NCBI GenBank assembly: GCA_963770895.1
Contig: CAVYRF010000001.1
Span: 448,001 to 512,000 of the forward strand
Source of the DNA: an uncultured Acidobacteriota bacterium
GTDB lineage: Bacteria; Acidobacteriota; Thermoanaerobaculia; Multivoradales; UBA5704
Length of the DNA: 64,000 nucleotides
Direction of reading: 5' to 3'
Numbering within the stretch: position 1 is the first letter of the stretch; every line of letters begins with the position of its first letter. The notes beneath the pieces are model-generated. The model ran no database searches. It saw only the letters and a list, made by a program, of their open reading frames with translations, and was not told the DNA's origin. A program made the position numbers and the translations under genes. Positions 1 through 15,025 of this stretch are shown piece by piece.

Positions 1-2
1 CG

Positions 3-2900
3 CTGATCCACGGCCGGGAGGCGGCTACGTACGAGGAGCTGGCCGGCCGCGCGGGCCGCCTGGCGTGGGTGCTGGCCCGCCACGGCGCGGCGCCGGGCGA
101 GCCGGTGGGGATCTTCCTGGACCGCTCCATCGACATGGTGGTGGGGATGCTCGGCATCCTCGCGGCGGGCTGTGCCTACGTCCCCCTGGATCCCGACTAC
201 CCGGAGGCGCGCAACGCCCACATCCTGCAGGACGCCGGGATCTGCCGGGTGGTCACCCGGCCCGCCCTGGCCGCGCGCCTGCCCGCCGGCGCCTGGCGGC
301 CGGTCTTCCCTCCGGCGCCGGGCGAGGGTGGGCCGCCGCGGCCGGTGCCCGCCCGCGCCACGCCGGACCATCCCGCCTACGTGATCTACACCTCGGGATC
401 GACGGGGCGGCCGAAGGGGGTCGTGGTGCCTCACTCGGCGGTGGTCAACTTCTTCAGCGGCATGGACGCCGTGGTGGGGTGCGGCCCCGGCGACACCCTG
501 CTGGCGGTGACCAGCATCGCCTTCGACATTTCGGTGCTGGAGCTGCTCTGGACACTGGGGCGGGGGGCCCGGGTGGTCCTCTACGCGGAGGGGAGCCCGG
601 TACCGGCGGCGCGCCGCACGGGCGCGGCGCGGCGGCCTCTCGATTGCAGCCTGTTCTATTTCGCCAGCAGCCAGGGGGAAGGGGAGCGGCGGAAGTATCG
701 CCTCCTCCTGGAGGGGGCCCGCTTCGCGGACCGCGAAGGGCTGCGCGCCGTCTGGACCCCCGAGCGCCACTTCCACGCTTTCGGCGGCATCTTCCCCAAC
801 CCCTCGGTGCTCGGCGGGGCCTTGGCGGCGATCACCGAGCGGGTCCAGATCCGCGCCGGCAGCGTCGTGCTGCCGCTGCACCATCCGATCCGGGTAGCCG
901 AGGAGTGGTCGGTGGTCGACAACCTCTCCGGCGGGCGCGTGGGGCTGGCCTTCGCCTCCGGCTGGCACGCGGACGACTTCGTCTTCTCCCCGGACAGCTA
1001 TGCGGATCGGAAGGAGGTCCTCTATCGCGACCTGGAGACGGTGCGCCGCCTATGGCGGGGAGAGACGGTGCGGGTGCGCGGCGGGTCCGGTCAGGAGGTC
1101 CAGGTCGGTGTTTTCCCGCGGCCGCTCCAGGCGGAGCTGCCGGTATGGATCACCTCGGCGGGACAGCCCGAGACCTTCATCCGGGCGGGCGAGGTAGGCG
1201 CCCACGTCCTGACCCACCTGCTCGGGCAGAGCCCCGACGAGGTCGCCGCCAAGGTGCGGCTCTACCGCCAGGCGCGCGCGCAGCGGGGCCTGGCGCCGGA
1301 GGAGGGCCTGGTCACCCTGATGCTCCATACCTTCGTCGGGGCGGACCGCAGGGTGGTGCGGGACACGGTGCGCGGCCCTTTCATCGAGTACCTCCGCTCG
1401 TCCGTGGGGCTCATCCGCAACCTGGTCGCGAGCCTGGGGCTCCCCCTGCGGCTGGAGGAGATGAGCCCGCGCGACATGGACGACCTGCTGGCTTTCGCCT
1501 GCGACCGCTACCTCGAGACCAGCGGGCTGTTCGGCACGGTCGGCGAGTGCCTGGAGCGGCTGGAGGACCTGCGCGCCCTGGGAGTCGACGAGATCGCCTG
1601 CCTCATCGACTTCGGCGTGCCGGAGGAGCAGGTGCTGGCGAGCCTGCCGCGCCTGGCGGAGGTGGCGCGGCGGGCCAACGCCCCGCATCCTGCATGGGAC
1701 GAGGCGGCGGCGCCCGCCTCGCTGGCCGCGCTGACGGAGCTGCACCGGCCGACCCTCCTCCAGTGCACCCCCTCGCGGCTGCGGATGATGGCGCTGGAGA
1801 GCGGCTCCCTGCAGCCCCTGCTTCCCCTGCGCGCCCTCCTGCTGGGCGGCGAAGCCCTGCCGCCGGCCCTGGCCCGCCAGGTCAAGGACGCGCTGCCCGC
1901 GCGGTTGGTCAACGTCTACGGACCGACCGAGACCACGGTCTGGTCGGCGGCCCTGGAGGTCGCGGCTGCGGTCGGGTCGAGCGTCCCCATCGGCCGGCCG
2001 ATCGCCAACACCGAGATCCACGTCCTCGACCGGCGGCAGAATCTCGTCCCCCTGGGGGTGGTGGGGGAGGTCTGCATCGGCGGCCTCGGGGTGGCCCGCG
2101 GCTACCTGGGCCAGCCCCACCTGACGGCCGAGCGCTTCATTCCCGACCCCTTTGGGGAGCGGTCTGGGGGGCGCCTGTACCGGACCGGCGACCTGGGCGT
2201 CCAGCGGTCGGATGGCGCGCTGGAGCTGCGCGGGCGCGCCGACCGCCAGGTCAAGGTGCGGGGGGTGCGCATCGAGCTCGACGAGATCGAGGCGCACCTC
2301 TGCGAGCACCCCGCGGTGCGGGAGGCGGCGGTGGTGCTCTCCGGGCCCGCGGAAGAAGGGCGCCTGGCGGCCTACCTGGCGCTGCGCGAGGGGGATGGGG
2401 CGGCCGCGGAAGAGCTCCGTGCCTTCCTCCAGGAGCGGGTGACCGAGGCCATGGTCCCCTCGTTCTTCGTCGCCCTGGAGAGCCTGCCGCGGACCCCCAA
2501 CGGCAAGCTCGACCGCCGCGGCCTGCCGGCCGCCGCGGGCGGGCTGCCGCAGCGGTCCACGTTCGTGGCCCCGCGCAACCCGTTCGAGCGGCAGATCGCG
2601 GAGATCTGGTGCGACGTCCTGGGGGTCGAGCGGGTCGGAGTGGACGACAACTTCTTCGCCCTGGGCGGGCACTCGCTGCTGATGGCCCAGGTGCACGGCC
2701 GCCTGCGCGAAGTGCTTGCCGACGAGCTGCCGCTGGTCAAGCTGCTGGAGCACCCCACCATCGCTTCCCTGGCCCGCTATCTGCGGCAGGAGGAGCCGGC
2801 CGGCGCCGCGCTCGACGAGAGCCGCGAGCGCGCCCGGCGGCAGCAGGAGGGGCGCCGGCGCCTGCAACGGCGGGCGGTGGAGAAGGTACAGACGCCATGA
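3..2900 (+). CDS. NRPS (5' partial): Gly-type adenylation domain interrupted by a luciferase-like monooxygenase, followed by a T domain
   Basis: The frame is open from base 3. Motifs: YVIYTSGSTGRPKG, FDISVLE, LLM segment (WTPERHFHAFGG...AGSVVLPLHHP, ~640-1665), NVYGPTE, YRTGD, T motif GGHSL. Specificity code read by eye is DILQLGVVWK (Gly-like). Confidence 0.93.
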   Translation: MIHGREAATYEELAGRAGRLAWVLARHGAAPGEPVGIFLDRSIDMVVGMLGILAAGCAYVPLDPDYPEARNAHILQDAGICRVVTRPALAARLPAGAWRPVFPPAPGEGGPPRPVPARATPDHPAYVIYTSGSTGRPKGVVVPHSAVVNFFSGMDAVVGCGPGDTLLAVTSIAFDISVLELLWTLGRGARVVLYAEGSPVPAARRTGAARRPLDCSLFYFASSQGEGERRKYRLLLEGARFADREGLRAVWTPERHFHAFGGIFPNPSVLGGALAAITERVQIRAGSVVLPLHHPIRVAEEWSVVDNLSGGRVGLAFASGWHADDFVFSPDSYADRKEVLYRDLETVRRLWRGETVRVRGGSGQEVQVGVFPRPLQAELPVWITSAGQPETFIRAGEVGAHVLTHLLGQSPDEVAAKVRLYRQARAQRGLAPEEGLVTLMLHTFVGADRRVVRDTVRGPFIEYLRSSVGLIRNLVASLGLPLRLEEMSPRDMDDLLAFACDRYLETSGLFGTVGECLERLEDLRALGVDEIACLIDFGVPEEQVLASLPRLAEVARRANAPHPAWDEAAAPASLAALTELHRPTLLQCTPSRLRMMALESGSLQPLLPLRALLLGGEALPPALARQVKDALPARLVNVYGPTETTVWSAALEVAAAVGSSVPIGRPIANTEIHVLDRRQNLVPLGVVGEVCIGGLGVARGYLGQPHLTAERFIPDPFGERSGGRLYRTGDLGVQRSDGALELRGRADRQVKVRGVRIELDEIEAHLCEHPAVREAAVVLSGPAEEGRLAAYLALREGDGAAAEELRAFLQERVTEAMVPSFFVALESLPRTPNGKLDRRGLPAAAGGLPQRSTFVAPRNPFERQIAEIWCDVLGVERVGVDDNFFALGGHSLLMAQVHGRLREVLADELPLVKLLEHPTIASLARYLRQEEPAGAALDESRERARRQQEGRRRLQRRAVEKVQTP

Positions 2901-5900
2901 GCGACCTCGACGTCGACCAGCACGAGGGCCAGGTCGCCGTCGTCGGCATGGCCGCGCGGCTGCCGGGCGCCCACGACGCCCGCGAGCTATGGCACAACCT
3001 GCGCGACGGGGTGGAGAGCATCACCTTCTTCACTCCGGAGGAGCTGGCCGCCGTGGGGGTGAGCCCCGAATTCCTCAGCGCATCCAACTTCGTCCGCGCC
3101 GCCCCCGTGCTGCGCGATTTCGACCGCTTCGACGCGGCGTTCTTCGGCTATTCCCCCCGCGAGGCCACGCTGCTCGATCCCCAGCAGCGGATCTTCCTGG
3201 AGTGCGCCTGGGAGGCCCTGGAGAGCGCCGGCTACCGGCCCGACGGTTGCGACGGGCTGGTGGGCGTCTACGCGGGGATGAGCATGAGCAGCTACCTGCT
3301 GTTCAACCTCCTGCCCAACCCGCGTCTCAACCTGGCCGAGGAGAGCTTTCAGCTCATGATCGGCACCGACAAGGACTTCCTGAGCACCCGGGTGTCCTAC
3401 CACCTGAACCTGAAGGGGCCGAGCCTCGACGTCCAGACCGGCTGCTCCACCTCGCTGGTGGCCACCCACCTGGCCTGCGAGGCGCTGCTGAGCTACCAGT
3501 GCGACATGGCTTTGGCGGGCGGTGTCTCGATCCAGGTGCCGCAGCGCTGGGGGTACTTCCACCAGGAGGGTGGGCTGGCGTCGCCCGACGGGCACTGCCG
3601 GGCCTTCGATGCCGCGGCCCGCGGGACGCTCTTCGGCAGCGGCGCCGGGATCGTGGTGCTCAAGCGGATGGCCGACGCCGTCGCGCAGCGGGACACGATC
3701 CTGGCGGTGATCAAGGGCTCGGCCATCAACAACGACGGCGCGGTCAAGGTCGGCTTCACCGCCCCCGGGGCGCAGGGGCAGGCCGAGGTCATCGCCCGCG
3801 CCCTGGCCATCGCCGGGGTGGAGCCGGAGACGGTCGGCTACGTGGAGGCCCACGGCACCGCCACCGCCCTGGGCGATTCGCTGGAGGTGTCGGCGCTGGC
3901 CAAGGCGTTCGGCCCCGCGGTGCCCCGCGAGTCCTGCGGCCTGGGGTCGGTGAAGACGAACGTCGGCCACCTCGACGCGGCCGCCGGAGCGGCCGGCCTG
4001 ATCAAGACCATCCTGGCCCTGCAGCACGGCCAGATCCCCCCCAGCCTGCACTTCCGGGAGCCGAACCCCAGGCTGGCGCTGAGCGAATCCCCCTTCTACG
4101 TCCCCACCACCCTCCTCCCCTGGAGCCGCGGGGCGACGCCCCGGCGGGCGGGCGTCAGCTCCTTCGGGATCGGCGGCACCAACGCGCACGTGGTGTTGGA
4201 GGAGGCGCCTCTCCCGTTGCCGGTGGAAGAGGGGAGACCGCTGCAGATCCTGCCGCTCTCCGCCCGCACCGAGGACGAGCTGGAGCGGGCGTCCGCCGCC
4301 TTGCGCGAGCGCCTGGAGGAGCCGGGCGACCTGTCTCTGGCCGACGTGGCCTTCACCCTGCAAGCGGGCCGCAAGCGCTTCCCCTGCCGGCGCGTCGTCC
4401 TCTGCCGCGGTTTCGAGGAGGCCCGGGCGCGGCTCGGCGGGCTCGACCCGGCGGGCTCCTGGCAGGAGCGCAACGAAGCCGACGATCGGCCGGTGGTCTT
4501 CCTGTTCCCAGGAGGTGGGACCCAGTACCCGGGCATGGGCGCCGGTCTCTACCGGGAGGAGCCGGTCTTCCGCGCCGAGATCGACCGCTGCGCCGTCCTG
4601 CTGCGCGGCGAGCTCGGCTTCGACGCGCGGGAACTCCTCTATCCCGCGCCTGACCGCGCCGCCGAGGCGGAGCGGCGGATGAAGCGGACCGCCCTCGCGC
4701 TGCCTTGTCTGTTCAGCGTCGAATACGCCCTGGCCCGGCTGCTGATGTCCTGGGGCCTCCGCCCCCAGGCGCTGGTCGGCCACAGCCTCGGCGAGTACGT
4801 GGCGGCCTGCCTCGCCGGGGTCTTCCGCCTGGAGGACGCCCTGACCCTGGTGGCGGTCCGCGGGCGGCTCCTGGAGCAGATCCCGAGCGGCGCCATGCTC
4901 AGCGTGCCGCTCCCCGAGGGAGAGGTGCGGCCCCTGATGGCGGCAGCGGGCCCCACCCTCGCCCTGGCCGCGGTGAACGGCCCGGCCCAATGCGTGGTTT
5001 CCGGGCCGCTCGCCGAGGTGGACGCCCTTGCCGCCCTGCTGGAGGAGGAGGACGTGGAGTTCCGGCGCGTTCAGATCGACGTCGCCAGCCACTCCCCCCT
5101 GGTGGAGCCGATCCTGGAGCCGTTCCTGCGCTGCCTCGATCGTCTGCAGCTGGGGCCGCCCCAGATCCCCTTCCTGTCGAACCTGAGCGGCACCTGGGCG
5201 ATCGCGGACGAGGTGACCCGGTCCACCTACTGGGTCCGCCACCTGCGCCACACCGTGCGCTTCGGCGACAGCGTCCGCGAGCTCCTCGCCGATCCGGATT
5301 GGGCCCTGGTCGAGGTCGGCCCCGGGCGCACCTTGACCACGCTGGCGCAGGGGATCGCGGCAGCGCGGTCGGGCCGGGTGATCCTGCCCACGCTGCGCCA
5401 CGCCCAGGAGCGGACGCCCGACGGCGAGCTGCTGAGCGGCACCCTGGGGCGGCTGTGGCTGGCCGGCCTGCGCATCGACTGGACGGCGCTCCACCCGGCA
5501 CCGCGCCGGCGGGTGCCCCTGCCGACCTACCCCTTCTCGCGCCAGCGCTGCTGGATCGATCCGGCCCCCGCCGCGGCTCGCCCCGCCGCGGGCAAGACGC
5601 CGGACGTCTCCTCCTGGCTCTACCTTCCCTGCTGGAAGCCGGCCCTGCCGCCGCCGCCCGCTCGCGAAGCTCTCGCCGCGCTGGGGCCCGTCCTGGCGCT
5701 CGCCGCCGACGGCCCGCTGCCGCCGCTGGCCGCGGCCCTGCTGGAAGGCATGGCGGCAGCGGGGACGGCCGTGATGGTGGCGCGGCCCGGGGAGGAGGAG
5801 CTGGGGGCCCTGCTCGACCGGCTCGACGCCAAGGGTTGGTTGCCGGCCGCGGTGCTGCACCTCCGCACCCTGGGAGCGCCGGCGGAGGATCGGGAGGGCA

Positions 5901-7384
5901 GCTTCTTCAGCCTGCTCCACCTGGCCCAGGTCCTGGGCGAGCGCGGGCCGGGCCGGCCCTGCCGGCTGCTGGTGGTCTCGGACCACCTCCACCGGGTGGA
6001 CGGCACGGACGTCCTGCTGCCGGAACGCGCGCTCCTCCTGGGGCCCTGCCAGGTCATCCCCCAGGAATATCCCGGCATCCGGGCCCAGTCGGTCGACGTT
6101 CCGCCCCGCATGGCGGAGGGGCCGGAGGCGCTGCAGCTGGCCGGCTGGATCATCGCCGAGCTGGCGGCGGCGCGGCCGCAGCCCGTGGTGGCCTACCGCG
6201 ATGGGCGGCGCTGGCTGCCGGGGTTCGAGCCGGCCTCCCTGGCCAGCGGCGGAGGGGTGCGGCGTCTGCGCCCGCGGGGGGTCTACGTGCTGACCGGCGG
6301 CCTGGGCGGCGTCGGCATGCTGGTGGCGCGGGAGCTGGCCCGATCGGTCGGGGCGCGCCTGGTGCTCGTGGCGCGCACCGCGTCCGCGGAGCGCGACGCC
6401 GGGCGGCTCCAGGAGCTGGAGGCCCTGGGGGCGGAGGTCCTGGTGGCGGCGGCCGACGTGGCCGACCGGGAGCAGATGCAGGCCGTGCTCGACCGCGCCA
6501 CGGAGCGCTTCGGCGCCATCCACGGCGTCTTCCACCTCGCCGGCTACAGTGGCCAGGCGACCGTCAAGCTGATCCCCGAGGTCGACCGCGCCGAGGCCGA
6601 GCGCCACTTCCGGGCGAAGGTCGACGGCACCCGCGTGCTGGCGGAGCTGCTGGCCGGCCGGGCACTGGACTTCTGCCTTCTCTTCTCGTCCAACGCCGCC
6701 GTCCTGGGGGGGCTCGGCGCCGTCGCGTACGCGGCGGCCAACCGTTTCCTGGACGCCTTCGCGGCGGCGCGGCCGGGCGGCGGCGCGCCCTGGCTCAGCG
6801 TCAGCTGGGACGGCTGGCAGCTGGCCGCCGGGGCGCTGCTGGGTTCGTTCCAGTCCAGCCTCGACCGCTATTCCATGACCCCCGCCGAGGGCCTGGAGGT
6901 GCTGCGGCGCGTCGTCGAGCAGGTCCCGCCGGGCCGCGTGGTGGTCTCGACCGGCGACTTGCGCGCCCGCCTGGTCGAGTCGGCGGTGGCGGAGCGCGAC
7001 GAAGCCGCCGGTGGCCCGCCGACGGTCGTGGCCCGCGGGGCGATCTCCGCGGCGCCCACCAACGAGATCGAGACGCGGGTGGCGGCGGTCTGGAGCTCGC
7101 TGCTGGGCTTCGACGAGATCGGCATCGACGACAACTTCTTCGATCTCGGCGGCAGCTCGCTGCTCGGCCTGCGGGTGGTTTCCCGGCTGCAGCGGGAGCT
7201 GGGCATCGAGATCCCCATGGTCAAGCTCTTCGAGGGGCCGACCGTCCGCTCGTTCGCCCGCCTGCTCGCCGCGGTGGAGGCCCCGGCGGCAACCGCGCTG
7301 GCGGACAGCAGCGATCGCGGCGCGCGGCGGCGCGGGCAACGGCCGGTCGCCGCCGAGGAAGCGGTTCTCCGGGAGCACGCGTGA
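2897..7384 (+). CDS. Type I PKS module KS-AT-KR-ACP
   Basis: ATG overlaps the upstream stop. KS VQTGCSTS/HGTAT/GHLD; AT GHSLG...VASHS; KR TGGLGGVG...YAAAN; ACP LGGSSL. The real start lies inside track ORF 65..7384. Confidence 0.94.
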   Translation: MSDLDVDQHEGQVAVVGMAARLPGAHDARELWHNLRDGVESITFFTPEELAAVGVSPEFLSASNFVRAAPVLRDFDRFDAAFFGYSPREATLLDPQQRIFLECAWEALESAGYRPDGCDGLVGVYAGMSMSSYLLFNLLPNPRLNLAEESFQLMIGTDKDFLSTRVSYHLNLKGPSLDVQTGCSTSLVATHLACEALLSYQCDMALAGGVSIQVPQRWGYFHQEGGLASPDGHCRAFDAAARGTLFGSGAGIVVLKRMADAVAQRDTILAVIKGSAINNDGAVKVGFTAPGAQGQAEVIARALAIAGVEPETVGYVEAHGTATALGDSLEVSALAKAFGPAVPRESCGLGSVKTNVGHLDAAAGAAGLIKTILALQHGQIPPSLHFREPNPRLALSESPFYVPTTLLPWSRGATPRRAGVSSFGIGGTNAHVVLEEAPLPLPVEEGRPLQILPLSARTEDELERASAALRERLEEPGDLSLADVAFTLQAGRKRFPCRRVVLCRGFEEARARLGGLDPAGSWQERNEADDRPVVFLFPGGGTQYPGMGAGLYREEPVFRAEIDRCAVLLRGELGFDARELLYPAPDRAAEAERRMKRTALALPCLFSVEYALARLLMSWGLRPQALVGHSLGEYVAACLAGVFRLEDALTLVAVRGRLLEQIPSGAMLSVPLPEGEVRPLMAAAGPTLALAAVNGPAQCVVSGPLAEVDALAALLEEEDVEFRRVQIDVASHSPLVEPILEPFLRCLDRLQLGPPQIPFLSNLSGTWAIADEVTRSTYWVRHLRHTVRFGDSVRELLADPDWALVEVGPGRTLTTLAQGIAAARSGRVILPTLRHAQERTPDGELLSGTLGRLWLAGLRIDWTALHPAPRRRVPLPTYPFSRQRCWIDPAPAAARPAAGKTPDVSSWLYLPCWKPALPPPPAREALAALGPVLALAADGPLPPLAAALLEGMAAAGTAVMVARPGEEELGALLDRLDAKGWLPAAVLHLRTLGAPAEDREGSFFSLLHLAQVLGERGPGRPCRLLVVSDHLHRVDGTDVLLPERALLLGPCQVIPQEYPGIRAQSVDVPPRMAEGPEALQLAGWIIAELAAARPQPVVAYRDGRRWLPGFEPASLASGGGVRRLRPRGVYVLTGGLGGVGMLVARELARSVGARLVLVARTASAERDAGRLQELEALGAEVLVAAADVADREQMQAVLDRATERFGAIHGVFHLAGYSGQATVKLIPEVDRAEAERHFRAKVDGTRVLAELLAGRALDFCLLFSSNAAVLGGLGAVAYAAANRFLDAFAAARPGGGAPWLSVSWDGWQLAAGALLGSFQSSLDRYSMTPAEGLEVLRRVVEQVPPGRVVVSTGDLRARLVESAVAERDEAAGGPPTVVARGAISAAPTNEIETRVAAVWSSLLGFDEIGIDDNFFDLGGSSLLGLRVVSRLQRELGIEIPMVKLFEGPTVRSFARLLAAVEAPAATALADSSDRGARRRGQRPVAAEEAVLREHA

Positions 7385-10300
7385 GCGCGTCGGGGGTCGC
7401 CATCATCGGCCTCGCCGGCCGCTTCCCGGGCGCCGCCTCGGTGGAGGAGCTGTGGCGCAACCTCTGCCGAGGGGTGGAGTCGGTGCGCTTCCTGGAACGG
7501 GCAGAGGTGCTGTCGCGGGGCGTCGATCCCGCTCTGGCGGACGATCCGGCGTTCGTGCCGGCCGAGGCCCTGCCCGACGGCGTCGAGCTGTTCGACGCGG
7601 CCTTCTTCGACATGAGCCACCGCGAGGCCGAGATCACCGATCCGCAGCACCGGCTGCTCCTGGAGTGCGCCTGCCACGCCCTGGAGGACGCGGGCTACGA
7701 CCCGACGCGCGCTCCGGGCCCGGTGGGGATCTTCGCCGGGGCCACCCTCAATACCTACCTGCCGCTGCACCTGATGAGCGATCCCGGCCTGCTCGCCTCG
7801 CTCGACCCGATGCAGGTGAACGTCGCCAGCGCGGCCGACTTCCTGACCACCCGGATCTCCTACAAGCTCAACTTGCAGGGGCCGAGCCTGGGCGTCCAGA
7901 GCGCCTGCTCGACCTCGCTGGTGGCGGTGGCGCTCGCCTGCCAGAAGCTGCTGGACCAGGAGTGCGACCTGGCGCTGGCGGGCGGGGTGTCGCTCAACGC
8001 CAGCCTGCGCGGCGGCTACCGGTACGTGGTGGGCGGGGTGATGTCGCCGGACGGCCACTGCCGCCCCTTCGACGCCCGGGCCCGGGGGACGGTCTTCGGC
8101 GGCGGTGTCGGCCTGGTGGTCCTCAAGCGGCTGGAAGAGGCCCTGACGGACGGTGACACGGTGCGGGCGGTGATCCGCGGCGCCGCGGTCAACAACGACG
8201 GCTGGCGGAAGGTGGGCTATACCGCCCCCAGCGTCGAGGGGCAGGCGAGCGTGGTGGCCGAGGCCCTCGCCAACGCGGGGATCTCGCCCGCGACGGTCGG
8301 TTACCTGGAGGCCCACGGCACCGCCACCCCGCTGGGCGATCCGGTCGAGGTCGAGGCGCTCACGCGGGCCTTCCGCGCGGCGACGGAGCGGCGCGGCTTC
8401 TGCGCCCTCGGCTCGATCAAGGGCAACGTCGGGCACCTCGACGCCGCGGGAGGGGTGACCGGCCTGATCAAGGCCGCCCTCTGCCTGGAGCGCGAGGCGA
8501 TCCCGCCGGTCTGCGGCTTCCGCTCGCCCAACCCGGAGATCGACCTGGCCGGCAGCCCCTTTCACGTCAACACGGAGCTCGTGGAGTGGCCGCGCGGGAG
8601 CGAGCCCCGCCGGGCCGGGGTGAGCTCCTTCGGGGCTGGCGGCACCAACGCCCACCTGGTCCTGGAGGAGGCGCCCGCGGCAGCGCCGGGAGGAGCGTCG
8701 CGGCCGTGGCAGCTGCTGGTCCTGTCGGCGCGCACGGCCTCCTCCCTGACGGCGGCGACGGAGGCGCTGGCCTGCTGCCTGGAGAGCGCGCCGCACCTCG
8801 ACGGCCCCGGACTGGCCGACGCCGCCTTCACCCTCCAGCTCGGCCGCCGCGCCTTCGAGCAGCGGCGCGCCGTGGTCTGCCGTGGCCGGGAACCCGCCAG
8901 CGCCGCCCTGCGCCAGCCCCACCGGTGGCGGGACGGGGCGCCGATCAAGGGTGGCCCCGCCCTGGCCTTCCTCTTCCCGGGCCAGGGCGCCCAGGCGGCG
9001 GGAGTCGCCGCCGGCCTGTACGCGGAGGAGCCGGTCTTTCGCTCCGAGGTCGACCGCTGCGTCGAGATCGTGGCCCCGGATCGCGGGGAAGAGCTGCGGG
9101 CCCTGTGGCGCGATGGCCTGGAGACGGAGCGGCTGCTGCGCACCGACTGGGTGCAGCCGGCCCTGCTGATCGTCGAGCTCGCCCTGGCCCACCTCCTCGC
9201 CAGCTGGGGGATCCGCCCTGCGGCGCTGGCGGGCCACAGTCTGGGCGAATACGCCGCGGCCTGTCTGGCCGGCGTCTTCTCCCGCGAGGACGCCCTGCGC
9301 CTGGTGGCCGCCCGCGGCCGGTTGATGCGCGAGCTCCCGGCCGGCGCCATGCTCGCCGTCCCCCTGGCGGAGGAGGAGCTGGAGCCCTGGCTGGCCGCCG
9401 GCTCCGGGCTGGCGCTGGCCGCCGTCAACGGGCGCGGGCGTTGCGTGGCGGCCGGGCCCCTGGAGGCGGTGGAGGAGCTGGAACGCCGCCTCGCCGGCGA
9501 GGGGGTGAGCGGGCGGCGCCTCGCCACCTCCCACGCCTTCCACTCGCCGGCCCTCGACCCGCTGGTGGAGCGCTTCATCGGGCTGGTGGCCGCAGTGGAG
9601 ATGCGGCCGCCGGAAATCCCCTTCCTTTCCAACGTCACCGGCACCTGGATCCGGGCCGAGGAGGCCGTGGATCCCCGCTACTGGGGGCGGCAGATGCGCC
9701 GCACCGTGCGCTTTGCCGACAACCTGGACGAGCTGCTGCGCGACCCCCGCCATCTCCTGCTCGAGGTGGGGCCCGGCAAGACGCTGAGCCTGCTCGCCCG
9801 GCGCCACCCCGGGGCGGACCCCGGCCGGGTGGTGGCCGCGCTCGACGGCGCGGCGGGGACGGCGGAGCCGGCGGCGCTCCTCGACGCCGCCGGCAAGCTC
9901 TGGACGCGCGGCGTGGAGGTGGACTGGCGAGGCCTCCATGCCGGCGGCCGGCGGCGCCGGGTCTCCCTCCCCGGCTACGTCTTCGACCGCGGCCGCTACT
10001 GGATCGAGCGCCGGCCGCCGGCCGCCGGCGTGGCGCCGGGCCGCCCGGCCGAAGAGGCACCGGCGGCGGCGGAGGGCGCAGCGGCTGTGCGTCCCGCCCT
10101 GCACCCGCGGCCCGAGCTGGAGACCGTTTACGTCGCGCCGGGATCCTCGCTGGAGCGGCGGATCGCCGAGGTCTGGCAGCAGTGCCTGGGGGTCGACCGG
10201 GTCGGCATGCTCGACAGCTTCTTCGCGCTGGGCGGGGACTCGCTGCTCGCCGTGCAGACCATCGACCGCCTGCGGCGCGACCTGGGCCGCGAGATACCGG

Positions 10301-10460
10301 CGACCGACGTCTACGAAGGGATCACCGTGCGCGATCTCGCCCGGCTCCTGGAGCCCGCCGCGGCGGCGGCGCCCGGCGACGGAAACCGGCAGCTGCGGAT
10401 GCTCTCCCGCCGGTCGCTGCAGCGCGAAATGCGGGTCCGCCGCAGACAGGAGGAGGTGAG

Positions 10461-10464
<4 letters not shown>
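7381..10464 (+). CDS. Type I PKS module KS-AT-ACP (malonyl-type AT, no reductive domain)
   Basis: GTG start overlaps the previous stop. KS VQSACSTS; AT GHSLG...HAFHS; ACP LGGDSL. Confidence 0.94.
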
Positions 10465-15023
<4,559 letters not shown>

Positions 15024-15025
15024 CG

